A stretch of DNA of 64,000 nucleotides from Microcoleus sp. (lineage in GTDB: Bacteria > Cyanobacteriota > Cyanobacteriia > Cyanobacteriales > Microcoleaceae): NCBI GenBank assembly GCA_042408215.1, contig JAYFMW010000012.1, forward strand, positions 28,248 through 92,247, written 5' to 3'. The translations under genes were made by a program, and so were the position numbers. Each line of letters opens with the position of its first letter. Position 1 is the stretch's first letter. Positions 1 to 10,082 of this stretch are shown piece after piece. The notes under the pieces were generated by a model. That model was not told where the DNA came from and ran no database searches. It saw only the letters and a list, made by a program, of their open reading frames with translations.

Positions 1-9
1 GCTTCCCAC

Positions 10-1179
10 TTGATCAATTTCTCCACAGATCGATCGATCGCAGCACTGATCCGAGCAGTACAACAAACTGATCCGGTGCTGGAAAACCGGATTGTGCGCC
101 GCAAGTCAGTGGAAACCTTGGGAAGACTGCAAGCTGTGCTAGCATTGCCGGTGATTCGCACCTGTCTGGCCGATGATGACTGTTACACTGTGGAAAATGC
201 GGTTTGGGCGATCGGCGAAATTGGCACTCAAGATGCCGAAATTTTAGCAGAAGTTGCTCAATTGCTGGATAAACCAGCACAAACTTACCGGGTAATTATC
301 CACACCCTGACTAAATTAGATTATCAGCCAGCCGTAGCCAGAATTCGCAGATTTGTCGATGATCTTGACCCGCCGACTGCTAGTGCTGCGATCGCCGCAA
401 TTTGTCGCTTAACCAGAGACTTTTCTCAAATGGGCAAAGTAGTCGCCATGTTGCAACACAAAAATGTCCTAGGGCGCAGATTATCCATCCAAGATTTGAT
501 AGATGCGCGTTACTACGATGCCATTCCCAATATTGCCAGATGTCCCGTATCTTTAGTCTTTCGGCTGAGAGGAATTAGGATGCTAGCATCAGCAGGAATT
601 GCCGAGAAATCCGTGACCTTTGCCACCATTCAACCCCATTTGGAACAAACCTTAAGAGACTATCCAGCAGATTTAGATTTAGTACATAGTTATGAAAAAT
701 TACCCGACTTACCGTTTTTGATTCGCCAATTATACGAAACAGATTTTGGACGTTGCTATTTAGCAGCTAAAACAATTCTCGAACATTACTCAGACGATGC
801 ACCAGCCGCCCTGTTTGCCACCTTTGCAGAAGAAGCAAATAATGACTATGGAGCGCATTTTCATGTGGTAAAATTGTTTGGTTGGTTAAAACATGATCCA
901 GCCTACGATTTGTTATTGGAAGCTTTGCATCACTCCCAACCCCAGTTTCAGAAATCCCGTGCGGCGGCGGCGATCGCCCTGGGGGAACTCGGAGAACAAC
1001 GTGCCATTCCAGCATTGAAAGCTTGTCTGGAAACGAAAATCTGGGATTTGAAGTATGCTGCATTAATGGCCCTGGAAAAACTTGGTGATGTCAGCGGTTA
1101 TGAAACCGCTGCGGCTGACCAAGATTGGTTGGTTCAAGCTAAAATAGATGCTCATACTTCTGTAACATCCCAACTATAG
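10..1179 (+). CDS. cpeY: Phycoerythrobilin lyase subunit, HEAT-repeat CpeY-like (5' end probably upstream of window)
   Basis: Multiple PBS-lyase HEAT motifs (RRKSVETLG, ENAVWAIG, RAAAAIALG, YAALMALE); directly upstream of a CpeZ-like gene. Confidence 0.75.
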   Translation: MINFSTDRSIAALIRAVQQTDPVLENRIVRRKSVETLGRLQAVLALPVIRTCLADDDCYTVENAVWAIGEIGTQDAEILAEVAQLLDKPAQTYRVIIHTLTKLDYQPAVARIRRFVDDLDPPTASAAIAAICRLTRDFSQMGKVVAMLQHKNVLGRRLSIQDLIDARYYDAIPNIARCPVSLVFRLRGIRMLASAGIAEKSVTFATIQPHLEQTLRDYPADLDLVHSYEKLPDLPFLIRQLYETDFGRCYLAAKTILEHYSDDAPAALFATFAEEANNDYGAHFHVVKLFGWLKHDPAYDLLLEALHHSQPQFQKSRAAAAIALGELGEQRAIPALKACLETKIWDLKYAALMALEKLGDVSGYETAAADQDWLVQAKIDAHTSVTSQL

Positions 1180-1346
1180 TAGGGACACGGCACTGCCGTG
1201 TCCCTACCTGAGAATTATAGCTGTAGGGACACGGCAGTTCCGTGTCCCTACAGCTCAGAAACCGGGTTTTTTTAGATAAATACTGCATCCCAGCCTTTAA
1301 CTAGGAGTGAAAAACCCGGTTTCTTTGGTATTTTGCGTAAGTCCTG
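1179..1346. repeat. REP-like palindromes GTAGGGACACGGCA-TGCCGTGTCCCTAC (x2) plus AGAAACCGGG...CCCGGTTTCT inverted repeat
   Basis: Palindromes read directly; related motifs recur at about 13692, 47318 and 59213-60925. Confidence 0.8.
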
Positions 1347-1386
1347 TTAATTCAGCTTAATTAACATATCTAAAACCACAAAAACC

Positions 1387-2001
1387 ATGACAACAGATGC
1401 TTTGTTTGAACAACTAAAACACCCGAATCCTCATCTGCGCGATCGGGCGATGTTTGAAATTGCTGATTCCCGCGATGAAAATACAATTTCTCGACTGGTG
1501 GAAATTTTAGATGATCGAGATGTCACCTATCGTCGGGCGGCGGTGAAAGCCTTGGGTGCGATCGGTGAGGATGCGGTATCACCGGTGGTGGACGCATTGT
1601 TAAACAGTGAAAATGTGACTGTGCGAGGGAGTGCGGCGAAGGTATTGGCACAAATTGCGATTAATTATCCAGATTTGCCTTTCCCAGAAGTGGGTTTGCA
1701 AGGATTAAAAAAGGCGATCGATGATGCTAATCCTGTGGTGCATATTGCAGCCGTGATGGCCTTGGGACAGATGGGTTCGTCTGCCTTTGAGATTTTGGTG
1801 GAGTCGCTGAATACAACGGATAATGTGGCGGTACAGGTGGCGATCGTGAGTGCTCTTGCTTCTGTGGGCGATCGACGTTGTGTAGAAGTTCTCACCACAT
1901 TTGCCAACGATCAATCGGTGGATTCCTATGTGCGGGAATCAGCCACAAGTTCTTTATCACGGTTGGATTTGGTGATGAATTATAAGCGTGCAGATAGTTA
2001 G
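1387..2001 (+). CDS. cpeZ: Phycoerythrin lyase chaperone CpeZ (HEAT repeat)
   Basis: N-terminus LFEQLKHPNPHLR, HEAT repeats, 204 aa, follows cpeY. Confidence 0.8.
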   Translation: MTTDALFEQLKHPNPHLRDRAMFEIADSRDENTISRLVEILDDRDVTYRRAAVKALGAIGEDAVSPVVDALLNSENVTVRGSAAKVLAQIAINYPDLPFPEVGLQGLKKAIDDANPVVHIAAVMALGQMGSSAFEILVESLNTTDNVAVQVAIVSALASVGDRRCVEVLTTFANDQSVDSYVRESATSSLSRLDLVMNYKRADS

Positions 2002-2064
2002 GTTTAGTGACATTTTTAGCACCCCTCTTGAGCCCACACAGCACTTGCAGCCGACTAAGCGCGG

Positions 2065-2409
2065 TTAGATTTGACGCAATCTGTCGAGCTTTTTTAACTG
2101 TTGTGACTGTTCTTGCAATCGAGTTTCGAGACTCTCGCACACAAGTTCGCATAAATCAAAAATCATCGGGTCAGTGATTTGATAGTAAACACTGACTCCC
2201 TGCGGCTGCCGTTGAACGATGCCAGCCTGGGTCAAAATCTTGAGGTGCTTGGAAACATTGGCTTGCCCCAGCCCTGTTTCTTCAATGATTTCAGTGACAT
2301 TTTTAGCACCACTCTTGAGCGCACACAGCACTTGCAGCCGACTAAGCTCCGATAAAACCTTGAAGTAGTCAGCAACCTGAGCGAGAGCCGAAATCGGGAT
2401 CTGAGACAT
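2065..2409 (-). CDS. ArsR/SmtB family transcriptional regulator
   Basis: FKVLSELSRLQVL...GQANVSKHLKIL...GIV winged-HTH signature. Confidence 0.9.
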   Translation of the reverse strand: MSQIPISALAQVADYFKVLSELSRLQVLCALKSGAKNVTEIIEETGLGQANVSKHLKILTQAGIVQRQPQGVSVYYQITDPMIFDLCELVCESLETRLQEQSQQLKKLDRLRQI

Positions 2410-2599
2410 AAGCAGGAGTGAATTGATTTTAATCTAGACTTCTTTGATAAATGATATCATTATATAGTAATATCTTGAATGATACCGCAACACTCACACT
2501 CGTCCCCAGGGAGGGTGACGAGTATTGTAAAACTTCATTGACTTTATAGCCATTAATAGCCATGTATAGTATAGTATAGTAAAAAATGACGGCAAAACA

Positions 2600-3847
2600 A
2601 TGCAGCTAGTTGAAAAGCACATTATCGATCGAAACCACTGGCTATACAAGCAGCTAGATAATTTGTGCTTTCTTTCTAAGAATCTTTTCAACTACGCTAA
2701 CTACCTGATTCGACAAAAATTTATCAGCTCAGGAGAATACCTCGACTATTACAAAATACAGAAACTATGTCAGGGAACGACTGACTATCTAGGATTACCA
2801 GCCAAAGTATCTCAGCAAGTATTATTGAGATTATATGAAAGCTGGAAATCATTTTTTGCAGCTACCAAGGAATATAACCTCCATCCAGATAAATTCAAAG
2901 CCAGACCCAAAATACCCAGATACAAACACAAAACATTAGGCAGAAATGTCCTGACTTACACCGCTCAAGCCATCAGTAAAGAATGGCTCAAGAAAGGAAT
3001 CATCAATCTCTCTTTGACCGACATATTTCTGACTACTAAAGTTAGCGAATTAAATCAAGTCAGAATCGTTCCAAAAACTTACCATTACTCGATGGAGGTA
3101 GTTTATGAACCCAAGGATGTAACTCAATCATTATCAGGTGTTGAAGGGATAGCGGGGATTGATATTGGCCTAAATAACTTAGCGACAATTACATCCAATC
3201 AAAAAGGGTTTGTCCCGCTGATAATAAATGGCAAACCGCTCAAATCAATCAATGCCTACTCTCACAAAAAGAAAGCAGACGTGCAGTCCTACTTGAAGGG
3301 GGAGAAAAAGACATCAATCAAAATTGAACAATTAACTCACAAGCGTAATGTAAAAGTAGATAATTACCTGCATAATGCAAGTCGATTCATCATCAATCAT
3401 CTGGCAGCTAACCGAATCGGGACACTGGTGATTGGTAAAAACGATAACTGGAAACAGGGAATAAATCTCGGCAAGCGGAATAATCAGAACTTCGTAGCAA
3501 TACCTCATGCAAGGTTTATTGAAATGCTAACTTATAAAGCGCAATTAGCAGGAATAGTTGTGAAGGTTATTGAAGAAAGTTACACTTCAAAGTGTTCTTT
3601 TTTAGATAATGAACCTTGTGTCAAGCATTCAGAGTACAAAGGTAAACGAATTAAGCGAGGTTTGTTTCGTGCTGGTGATGGCAGACCGATCAATGCGGAT
3701 GTGAATGGCAGTGCTAACATTGTCAAAAAAGCATTTCCCAACGATGAAGCTGAGGGAATACAGGGCGTATTAGTACCTCCGGTAAGGGTCACACCTTACA
3801 AAATGGTTGCCCGAGGCAAGTGTAATATTTGCCTAGAAAACCTGTAA
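2600..3847 (+). mobile_element. tnpB: IS200/IS605-family TnpB (RNA-guided endonuclease), no TnpA nearby
   Basis: RuvC-I GIDIGLNN, EESYTSK, RuvC-III NADVNGSANI; upstream hairpin ACTCGTCCCC-GGGTGACGAGT at about 2498-2523. Confidence 0.9.
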
Positions 3848-4079
3848 CTATGAGCGCTCCATTAGAGTCAACAAACAGGTCATATCAAATCCGCGCTTCA
3901 TCGTCCTGGTCAAGTCGAGTCAAGTGGCCACCATATAGCGGTTGAAAACCCCATGAGGTACAAGCCGATCGATACCCGATGCCCTATGCCCTATGCCCTA
4001 TGCCCAAGCGTACCTCATCGAACAGAGAAGGGCTATATGTATCTTCGATATATCAGCGCAATTTTCAGTTGTTCCACTC

Positions 4080-4175
4080 ACTGTCAACTGTCAACTGTCA
4101 ACTGTCAACAGTCAACTGTCAACAGTCAACTGTCAACAGTCAACAGTCAACAGTCAACTGTCAACTGTCAACTGT
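4080..4175. repeat. STRR heptamer tract (CTGTCAA/CAGTCAA)n; TGCCCTA tract at about 3980-4005
   Basis: Visible 7-bp tandem repeats. Confidence 0.95.
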
Positions 4176-4182
4176 GATTGCC

Positions 4183-5946
4183 TCAACCAGCTTTCTTTTG
4201 AGGAGCCAGTATCCGTTCCACACTCATAGCAGCAACGCTCAATGTCACCACAGCCATGCCGACAATTGCCAAAGGCTGCAACTTCTCATTAATAATTACA
4301 AACCCAAAAAGTCCCGTCATCGCCGGCCCCAAAGTGCCAATTACTGACGCTAACGCCGCCCCGGCAAACCGGATCGCAAAATTATTCAACAGATAGCTAA
4401 ACAGCGTCAGTACCCCTAAAATTACCCCCCCAACAATCAAACCAGGCCAAACATTTTGGTCGATATTAGGAGCAAAATTTTCCGAGAGTGGCACCCACAA
4501 ACTCAGGGCAGAAAACACAAAAATCGCGGCGAAATTGACTAAACTAAAAGGAATCGGGTGCAGCTTACCAGCGGCCATTTGCGTCAGCAATACATAACCT
4601 GCAAAAGTAATCCCAGAACCAAGTGCCGCCGTCACTCCCACTCCCACATTCCCGCCACCAGTCGCGGGAGCTGCAAAACTGGGCCAGCCAGCCAAAATTA
4701 GCCCTGCGGTAATGCCACAAATCGCGAATATGCCGACTGTGCTGGGGCGAGCACCAAACAAAATCCAAGAACCGAGTACAGTGACGATCGGATAAATAAA
4801 GAAAATGGTAATCGCAATCCCCGCTGGAATATTGCCGATCGCCAAATAGATCAAAACCTGAGACAAAAACAGAAAAAACGCGCTTCCTAAAACCTTACTC
4901 CACAAAGCTCGATCGCGCGACTGAAACAATCGCCTGATATCTTTCCAAACAGAAGGATACAGAAAAGTCGCCAATATTGGCATCAAAGCCATCACCACGA
5001 TCAGCCGCATCAACAAAATCAACAAAGAATTGCCAAACCCCGGAGTCACCACCCCCGGAATTTCAAACAAGCCAAAAACCATCCGAGGATTTCTGCTTTT
5101 AATCAGAATTCTCAAACAAACATTAAACAGCGACAATACCACCGCCGAAGACAAAGCCAGCACCAAACCTGTCTTTACGTGAGAAGATGCTTTAACCGTT
5201 GCAGCAGGCGCTGAATAAGGCTGTGGCACAGCTTCCCGTGGCGCATCTACAGGTGTTGGTGGCAGAATTTGTGGACGTACAGAATTAGTGATTGGCTCTG
5301 GATAGGAATCCTCTACATCAAAAGGATTGTCTAGATATTCTTCTTCTTCGAGTTCTTCCCTGATGCGGTTTACCAGACTCTGTAACAGCTCTTCCCCTTG
5401 TCGCTCAAGGGTTTGCATATTATTGAGCCGCACGGAAAGCTCGCTTTCATAGCTGCTCAAATCTTGTTCCAGCATCTGAAAACTGCGATCGAGCCTCTGA
5501 TCCAGCGCCGCCAGCAACTCAGAAGCCCGTTCATCGTAGTTGCTCGGCGGCATCGGGATCGGGAATTCGCCACTGGGAATAGGGCTGCTGAGAGAATGTC
5601 CCGAATTAGCGCTAAGTTCGTTGAACCGCTGCACCAACAAATCTTGCAAATTGTGAGCCAAAACTTGGGCCAACTGTTTCAGCCACAATTGCTGCTGCTG
5701 AATGTATCGCCCAGAAAGAGATTCTGCTTGCTGAGACTGTAATTGGCGATATTGTTCTCTGAGGCCTTCAATATCTTCAATCAGGTGATTTTTTTCACTT
5801 TGCAGCCGTGTAATGTCCTGATTTAACTGGCCTTTGACATTTTGATGCAAAGCGTCCAATTCCTGAATCACCGCGTGGAGGACTTCTTCTGCTGATTGTG
5901 CATCCTCTGGCTCGTCTTTTGACGAGTATACGTTCCGTTGCGCCAT
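4183..5946 (-). CDS. sepJ: Septal junction protein SepJ (coiled coil + Pro-rich linker + EamA/DMT permease)
   Basis: N-terminal coiled coil, Pro/Ser linker and about 10 TM DMT domain match the SepJ/FraG architecture. Confidence 0.8.
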   Translation of the reverse strand: MAQRNVYSSKDEPEDAQSAEEVLHAVIQELDALHQNVKGQLNQDITRLQSEKNHLIEDIEGLREQYRQLQSQQAESLSGRYIQQQQLWLKQLAQVLAHNLQDLLVQRFNELSANSGHSLSSPIPSGEFPIPMPPSNYDERASELLAALDQRLDRSFQMLEQDLSSYESELSVRLNNMQTLERQGEELLQSLVNRIREELEEEEYLDNPFDVEDSYPEPITNSVRPQILPPTPVDAPREAVPQPYSAPAATVKASSHVKTGLVLALSSAVVLSLFNVCLRILIKSRNPRMVFGLFEIPGVVTPGFGNSLLILLMRLIVVMALMPILATFLYPSVWKDIRRLFQSRDRALWSKVLGSAFFLFLSQVLIYLAIGNIPAGIAITIFFIYPIVTVLGSWILFGARPSTVGIFAICGITAGLILAGWPSFAAPATGGGNVGVGVTAALGSGITFAGYVLLTQMAAGKLHPIPFSLVNFAAIFVFSALSLWVPLSENFAPNIDQNVWPGLIVGGVILGVLTLFSYLLNNFAIRFAGAALASVIGTLGPAMTGLFGFVIINEKLQPLAIVGMAVVTLSVAAMSVERILAPQKKAG

Positions 5947-6161
5947 TAGCCTATAACCTCTAATTTAAACTGCACGTTCAGTGTTCTTAAGTATTGTGGC
6001 AAATTCGCTCCCAAGTTCCAGTGATTTTATCTAAAAGATGGCTGGCACTGTTTCATCAATAGTAGTCGCGATAGTTCGAGATGTGAAAAAATTGCGATCG
6101 CCCCAAGAACACTTTGTGCAACTAGAAATCATACTAAAGCGTCACGTCGCACCACTCGAAG

Positions 6162-6237
6162 CTGTTGACTGTTGACTGTTAACTGTTGACTGTTAACTGT
6201 TAACTGTTAACTGTTAACTGTTAACTGTTGACTGTTG
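6162..6237. repeat. STRR heptamer tract (CTGTTGA/CTGTTAA)n
   Basis: Visible 7-bp repeats. Confidence 0.95.
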
Positions 6238-6337
6238 AGCGTTTAAGCCCTATGCTCAGCGCAAGTAGCGCGCCCTCGAACTTTACAAAATTAAATAATC
6301 CGGGGTGAGTTCGGAGCGACGGCAAGCGGAGTCAGTC

Positions 6338-7852
6338 CTATAAAATCGATCGGGCGATGCTGAAGATGGTAGCAGCCAAACCTGCGGCGATCGGAATTGT
6401 CACTAGCCAAGCCGAACCAATGGAGAGCAAAGTTTGAAAACCTACAGATTTCCAACCTTTGACAATTCCGACTCCGACAACTGCACCGACTAAAGCGTGG
6501 GATGTCGAAACTGGCAAACCCAAGCGGGATGCTAGCAAGACAGTAGCAGCGGTGGCTAATTCAGCGCAAAATCCGCCACTGGGTTGCAGTTCAATTATGC
6601 CTTCGCCGACTGTAGCAATTACATTTTTGCCCCAGATGGACAAACCGACGACAATTCCCACACCTCCGAGCACTAAAATCCACAGGGGAACGCTGAAATC
6701 TGATTGGGGAAAGGAACCTGTGCGGCGGATATAGGCGATCGCAGCGAGGGGAGCAACGGCATTACCGACGTCGTTGGAACCGTGGGCAAATGCCACAAAA
6801 CAGGCACTTATGACTTGAAATCGCGCCATTTGTTGCTCGATGAGAGAGTGGGGGAGTGGGAGAGTGGGAGAGTGGGAGAGGGGGGGAGTGGGAGAGAGTG
6901 GGAGAGTGGGAGAGTGGGAGAGGGGGGGAGTGGGAGAGAGTGGGAGAGTGGGAGAGTGGGAGAGGGGGGGAGTGGGAGAGTTTGTACCTATTCCTTCTTC
7001 CTTGTTTGTACCCTGAGCGAAGTCGAAGGGCTTTCTTCCTTCTTCCTTCTTCCCTCTTCCTTCTTCCTTCTCCCCTGCTGAACTTTGTGAAGCATCTGCT
7101 AATTTTTTCCAGCTAATTTGGGTAAGGACGATCGCCCCAATACCCCCAATGCCAATCACAATATCGTGAACCGGAATATTCCACCCTAATCTATCCTGTA
7201 CAAGGGCGATCGCTCCTGTCTGCACGAAGGCGACATCAACAACAGAGGGCAGTACAATGATCCCAAATATGCTCAGCACTGCTGCACTCAGCCAAGGTAT
7301 CCACTCGCGCATTTGATCTAAAGGATCAGGTCGATCGAGAATCGAATACTTTACTAAACTGTAAAATAGGGAGGCCACAGCACCACTCGCTACCGGTGTC
7401 GCCAGCCAAGTTAGGGAAATAGTGCCGATAGTTGGCCAGTCAACAGCACCAATTCCGGCGGCCACCCAGCTAAAACCCGCGATCGCGCCTACAACCGCAT
7501 GGGACGAAGAAACCGGCAAACCCCGACGAGTAGCGATTTGCAGCCACAAGCCGCAAGCTATCAGCACTGACACCATCCCAATTAAAAATACTTGTGGCTG
7601 GGCTGCGAAGGCTTCTGCATTCACCACTCCTGTTGCCAGAGTTTCGGAAACTCCTTTGCCAAACAGCACCGCACCCGCAAACTCCAGTATGCCTGCAACA
7701 ATTATTGCCTGCCGCAGCGTTAGCGCTTTTGAGCCTACGGATGTTCCCATCGAGTTAGCGACATCGTTAGCCCCCAAATTGGCAGCGACGTACAAGGCAA
7801 GTGCAGCAATCGCCGCCAGTTGCAGAAATTCGCCCCCAGAGGTATTTAACAT
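6338..7852 (-). CDS. Inorganic phosphate transporter, PiT family, with in-frame repeat insertion
   Basis: GANDVANSMGTSVGS and HGSNDVGNA PiT signatures; likely start MLNTSGG at 7852 rather than 7999. Confidence 0.9.
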   Translation of the reverse strand: MLNTSGGEFLQLAAIAALALYVAANLGANDVANSMGTSVGSKALTLRQAIIVAGILEFAGAVLFGKGVSETLATGVVNAEAFAAQPQVFLIGMVSVLIACGLWLQIATRRGLPVSSSHAVVGAIAGFSWVAAGIGAVDWPTIGTISLTWLATPVASGAVASLFYSLVKYSILDRPDPLDQMREWIPWLSAAVLSIFGIIVLPSVVDVAFVQTGAIALVQDRLGWNIPVHDIVIGIGGIGAIVLTQISWKKLADASQSSAGEKEEGRGKKEEGRKPFDFAQGTNKEEGIGTNSPTPPLSHSPTLPLSPTPPLSHSPTLPLSPTPPLSHSPTLPLPHSLIEQQMARFQVISACFVAFAHGSNDVGNAVAPLAAIAYIRRTGSFPQSDFSVPLWILVLGGVGIVVGLSIWGKNVIATVGEGIIELQPSGGFCAELATAATVLLASRLGLPVSTSHALVGAVVGVGIVKGWKSVGFQTLLSIGSAWLVTIPIAAGLAATIFSIARSIL

Positions 7853-7981
7853 AAATTTTTTTTGACATAAAACGGGCAGTTCGATATATGATAAGAGATT
7901 GTGAGTTTTAGTAAATCCCGTCAGTAACCCAGCCCTCTCATAGACTGGGCTTGTAAGATTAATCAAGCAAGCCATACTGAC

Positions 7982-8161
7982 CAAGAAACAGGGATACAAG
8001 CCCCGTCCTTCTAGGACGACTTTAAGCTAAAATTGAGAAAAGTCGGGATGGGGAATCGCCACGACTCTAAACGGGCGCAGAGACAGAGTAAGACTACTCC
8101 GGTAGCATCAGTCGGTGAAGCGTCAAGAATCACCGCACCGACCGGGCGGTGAGTATTTCAA
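7982..8161 (+). mobile_element. Non-autonomous IS200/IS605 MITE (left-end hairpin + omega-RNA-like right end)
   Basis: CAAGAAACAGGGATACAAGCCCCGTCCTTCTAGGACG left end; ends GAAGCGTCAAGAATC...TCAA; homologous to 47108-47291 and 55467-55649. Confidence 0.75.
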
Positions 8162-8394
8162 CAGACAACCTAGTAATAGGTAGTCGTCCCAAGGGTTGAT
8201 TAACAGTAAGACTTTTTCTGACATTTGCTAACAATCACTTACATTTGCCCGAGGTCTTTATGGCACTGTAGAATGAATTTAGCCACTCGGATTTAGGTGA
8301 AAAACCTTGGTAGTAAGCAACCTCTATCTAAATAAGTTGCCTCTACAGTATCAAAGCAAATAAAATCAAGATTGGCTAAATGCGGTCACGGGAA

Positions 8395-8908
8395 AACCAA
8401 GCTGAACGCTCATAGTACAAGTGCTTGTAGAGATTTCTACGGGCATTGGTTGATACGCCTTAGTTGAGAACTGAGCTCAACTTATGTATTTGTTAGCAAA
8501 CGTTAGCAAAAAAGGATCGGTCACGACACCTCGGAATGCGACGCTAGTTCCCCGTTCTGTCGCTTGTGATTAAACAGTTTTAAGGTCACTGAAACAGTTT
8601 TGCAAGCCGGCGCAAGCCCAGATAACCAGGTCGAAGCGAACATTACCCCTCTGAGGGAGGCTCAATTGAGCAAACCGTTATGCGTACAGGATTGTGAGAT
8701 TTGAAGTGAGAATTGCGATGCACCCTCGCGTAGCCGAGTCCCACTTTCATTGCATTACACTCATCACACCGAATCCAGCAATCCTCGTGTAATGGAGAAA
8801 ACATTCAAGGCGGTTAAAACCGCACGTGCGATGCCCTTCCTCGTAGTCGAAGGGTCGTTTCCCTCTCAGGTCTAAAGACTCTGAGTTTCCCACTTACCGA
8901 GTTTAGTT
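8395..8908 (+). ncRNA. ORF-less HEARO/IscB omega-RNA-like element with IS200/605-type 3' end; 5' boundary uncertain
   Basis: HEARO-like motifs GACACC..GGAATGC..CTAGTTCCC..CTGTCG..TTAAACAG..AACAGT..CAAGCC..ATAAC..CGAAG..AACATTACC; terminal hairpin CTCAGGTCTAAAGACTCTGAG followed by ATGA. Confidence 0.7.
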
Positions 8909-9292
8909 ATGAAAGGCGCAGAAATAATCCGCTCTCTTGAGACGGAAGAAATAGAGAGAGTCAAGGTAGAACTCAGCAAAGTGCTCCCCGAAATTTACGT
9001 CGGCGACACTGTGCGAGTCGGTGTGAAAATTAAAGAGGGCAACAAAGAACGGGTTCAGCCCTACGAAGGCACTGTGATTGCCATGCGTAACGGCGGAATT
9101 AATGAAACTATCACTGTTCGCCGTGTGTTTCAGGGCGTCGGTGTGGAACGGGTGTTTTTGATTCACTCGCCCCGCATTGCCACTATCCAAGTGATGCGAC
9201 GCGGGAAAGTCCGCAGAGCAAAACTGTACTACCTGCGCGATCGGATTGGCAAAGCCACCCGCGTCAAACAGCGGTTCGATCGAGCTCTGTAG
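8909..9292 (+). CDS. rplS: 50S ribosomal protein L19
   Basis: [34 protein letters not shown]. Confidence 0.98.
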   Translation: MKGAEIIRSLETEEIERVKVELSKVLPEIYVGDTVRVGVKIKEGNKERVQPYEGTVIAMRNGGINETITVRRVFQGVGVERVFLIHSPRIATIQVMRRGKVRRAKLYYLRDRIGKATRVKQRFDRAL

Positions 9293-9423
9293 GAATGCAC
9301 CCAGGCTATGCCTCATGGGGAAATTGGAAATTGAGAAATTTCCCAAAAAAATTTCCTATTTACGAGCGCACTGTGTTAGAATAGAAATCTAGAGGTTAAG
9401 CAACTCTTTGCAACCTCACCTGT

Positions 9424-9496
9424 GCGCTCTTAGTTCAGTTGGTAGAACGCAGGTCTCCAAAACCTGATGTCGGGGGTTCAAGTCCTCCAGGGCGCG
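9424..9496 (+). tRNA. trnW: tRNA-Trp (CCA)
   Basis: GCGCTCT/AGGGCGC acceptor stem, anticodon loop CTCCAAA, GGTTCAAGTCC T-arm; canonical position before secE. Confidence 0.97.
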
Positions 9497-9848
9497 CTGA
9501 ATCACCAAAACTTAAATTCTGCCCGAAAGCGCCCGGATTATTGGCCCACAGCAGCCAAAACCGCAAGCTTTCGGGTATAATTAGTTTTTGGGGATGGTTC
9601 AATTTTTTGTCAAAGAGAAGCCACCAACAAATTCTCGATGTGGCATCTCGATTCTCGGTATCTTGATGATCAGTACCGTCGATCGCTTGTTGACACTCGG
9701 ATGGGTTGGGCTTGTAAAGTGGTTGCTTTGGATTTAAGATTTAGAATTGCGCCGGAGTGGTTAGTGTCAAAAAATCTGAGCCCCGCTCGCCACTCACACA
9801 ATCTCAAATCTCAAATCTCAAATCTTAAATCGCAAGGGGGATTCAATT

Positions 9849-10082
9849 GTGGCGAAAAAAGACGAAGCTCAACAAACTCAAGAAATAGCCGAGCCTGGGT
9901 TTGACCCGGCGGGTTTTTTGAAGGAAACGAGGGAAGAACTGGATAAGGTGGTTTGGCCAAGTCGTCAGCAGCTAATCAGCGAGTCTTTGGCCGTGCTTTT
10001 GATGGTAATCCTCTCAGCAAGCCTAATCTACTTGGTGGATAACTTCTTTAACTGGGGCGCGGCCAAGGTGTTTGGGTCATGA
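9849..10082 (+). CDS. secE: Preprotein translocase subunit SecE
   Basis: FLKETREELDKVVWPSR plus one TM helix. Confidence 0.97.
   Translation: MAKKDEAQQTQEIAEPGFDPAGFLKETREELDKVVWPSRQQLISESLAVLLMVILSASLIYLVDNFFNWGAAKVFGS

Noticed and set aside
2006..2347. arsR duplication as a DGR template/variable repeat pair
   Set aside because: The mismatches are not adenine-specific and no reverse transcriptase is in the window
8402..8413. CTGAACGCTCAT as a relic of an ancestral rplS start (MNA..)
   Set aside because: Too short to support, and IS200/605 insertion does not duplicate targets
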